This document shows positions 62,801 through 64,000 of a stretch of 64,000 nucleotides of DNA, one piece after another. Source of the stretch: Bugula neritina (taxonomy: Eukaryota > Animalia > Bryozoa); the NCBI GenBank assembly GCA_964035545.1, contig OZ037768.1:4310741-4374740 (forward strand), given 5' to 3'. Positions within the stretch are counted from its first letter, which is position 1. Each line of letters starts with the position of its first letter. The notes beneath the pieces were generated by a model. It did no database searches. It had not been told where the DNA came from and saw only the letters and a list, made by a program, of their open reading frames with translations. The position numbers were made by a program, and so were the translations under genes.

Positions 62801-62847
62801 AAAAGTCGCCGTTTATCTCAGAGTACATTCGCTTATTGATCATGTGA
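56845..62847 (+). CDS. SMG9: Nonsense-mediated mRNA decay factor SMG9; start codon tentative
   Basis: Exons 56845-56853, 57673-57747, 58328-58517, 59134-59248, 59776-59954, 60319-60514, 60950-61035, 61687-61797, 62112-62165, 62251-62365, 62766-62847 (TGA) are in frame. KTPIILAK, VKIIDEYMNWC..FLLDQNDYRVIGVLGLEGVGKT (P-loop), LLDCQPLFSSAVLDH, WFTDPNLHRVLQAVEMLKP, LTEKNWYLYACKLWDAVKKS all match SMG9. Confidence 0.9.
58731..58792 (-). mobile_element. Possible decayed tRNA-derived SINE fragment in an SMG9 intron
   Basis: Minus strand reads gtagctgtggtgtaatgc...gaggtttgaatcccggca, with A-box-like and B-box-like (GGTTTGAATCCC) motifs at tRNA-like spacing. No intact cloverleaf. Confidence 0.3.
59300..59468. 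repeat. 15-nt minisatellite (TGTGTTTTGTGTAAC)n
   Basis: About 11 tandem copies in an SMG9 intron. Confidence 0.93.
59667..59779 (+). repeat. 35-nt x3 tandem repeat that duplicates an SMG9 3' splice site
   Basis: Unit AGTTGTGTCCTCCTGACCTCACCTGTTTACTGTAG. AG dinucleotides end at 59670, 59705, 59740 and 59775 (the productive acceptor). Confidence 0.92.
60100..60292. repeat. About 29-nt degenerate minisatellite (ATATTTATTATAGTGTTACTTGTTGCTAT-like)
   Basis: Tandem copies ending just before the acceptor at 60318. Confidence 0.8.
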
Positions 62848-64000
62848 CGGAACTGATGCTGATTGGTCAGAATTTGAGAGTGAGTAGTAGAACTGCTTGC
62901 GACACCAAGCAAAAAGTTCGACACGCTACTGGGAAAGATTTAGTACAAAGAATTAACTTCTCTTCACTCATGTGTGAAAAAAATTAAAAAGTTGCTGAGC
63001 AAGAAATAGGAAACCAACTTTGTTTGAGATCAAGTGACTGAGTTATAATGGACGTTTGTTGTTGAGCTCTTTATTATATGGAAATATTTTTACAATATTT
63101 ATTTATTATTTTAGTTTTGGCACTTCCTTGGAGTTCTGTGCAGATTATTATAAAACCTTATCAGTTATATCTCTTCAGGTTTTTTATTAAAGTTCTCAGC
63201 ACAGCGTATACTTGTAGTGATGATATCGACCATAATTAAAATGTTATATAATAAATGCAGAATAAATAAGTATGGAATAAAATATATTGCAGCTAATACC
63301 ATACATATGCGGTATAATGTAAAGTGCCACACCAATGAAATATAATTTTACAGTTAGGATATAAATAAAATCTGTCTTGCTATAAATAAAAATTTAGTGC
63401 TCTAAGCTCACCACAAATGTTAAGGAATGTTGAAAGATAATAGTGGTATATAATTAAATGCTTAGAAAGGCCCATAAAGATTTTAAATTAAAAAGATCAG
63501 AAATATTATTATTTACAAAAAACTTCATTGAGCGATGTGAAAACAGCTACACTACCATAAATATGTAAATGACAATATCACAGCTTTCTGTAAGAATGAC
63601 TAGTACAAGTAATGACTGGGTGAGGTTAGAAGCAGCACACCGGCCTATTGAATGCCAATATCTGACAGCTGAATGTTTTGAAGGTTATTTCTTGGTTGAA
63701 AGTAGCAAGTATCTGTATCATTATCAGGTTGGGGTATGAAGGGTGCCTCTATATTCCGTAAGTTATCCCAGTCTAATCCCTAGAATAACAACCAGGTTTA
63801 TAGAAAATCTATCAAATTACTGTACTTTTTATTCTACTATGATGTAAGTAAAATAACGTTAAAATCGAATTTGAATTGCTGCCAACATGATTCTATATAT
63901 AGAATAAACCTACTTGAAATAATGGATGATGTTTCAAAGAGTTTAAGTTGGCCCTTGAACATGGGTTGTGACAGAGCAAGGATAAAATGCACGACTGGGC

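Noticed and set aside
62848-64000. A further gene at the right end of the window
   Set aside because: Only SMG9 3' UTR and AT-rich sequence; no supportable exon found.

Overview
AT-rich, intron-containing genomic DNA from an invertebrate animal, probably a lophotrochozoan (inferred from the anion-type nAChR clade). Gene models were built by hand from GT-AG sites and reading-frame phase. In order: the 3' part of a calcineurin-like metallophosphoesterase with LpxH-type motifs (+); a tandem pair of cation-type nicotinic acetylcholine receptor (nAChR) genes, one alpha and one non-alpha (-); an intronless 438-aa orphan ORF (+); PDXDC1 (+, about 22 exons); a third, anion-type (PAK motif) nAChR alpha gene (-); a RING/B-box/coiled-coil/beta-propeller TRIM-like gene (-); and SMG9 (+). 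The standout system is the third nAChR. It has two consecutive pairs of duplicated, same-length, same-phase exons. Pair A (106 nt) encodes M1 plus the selectivity filter, PAK vs AAK. Pair B (87 nt) encodes the M2 pore helix plus the M2-M3 loop. The introns inside both pairs contain long inverted repeats that fold better on the transcribed strand, and there are two alternative signal-peptide first exons. This looks like RNA-structure-guided, combinatorial mutually exclusive splicing of the ion pore. Also notable: a tandem repeat that multiplies the SMG9 3' splice site into stop-generating decoys, and 6-nt-periodic tracts near the housekeeping-gene promoters. No transcript data or database searches were available, so all splicing and function claims are predictions.
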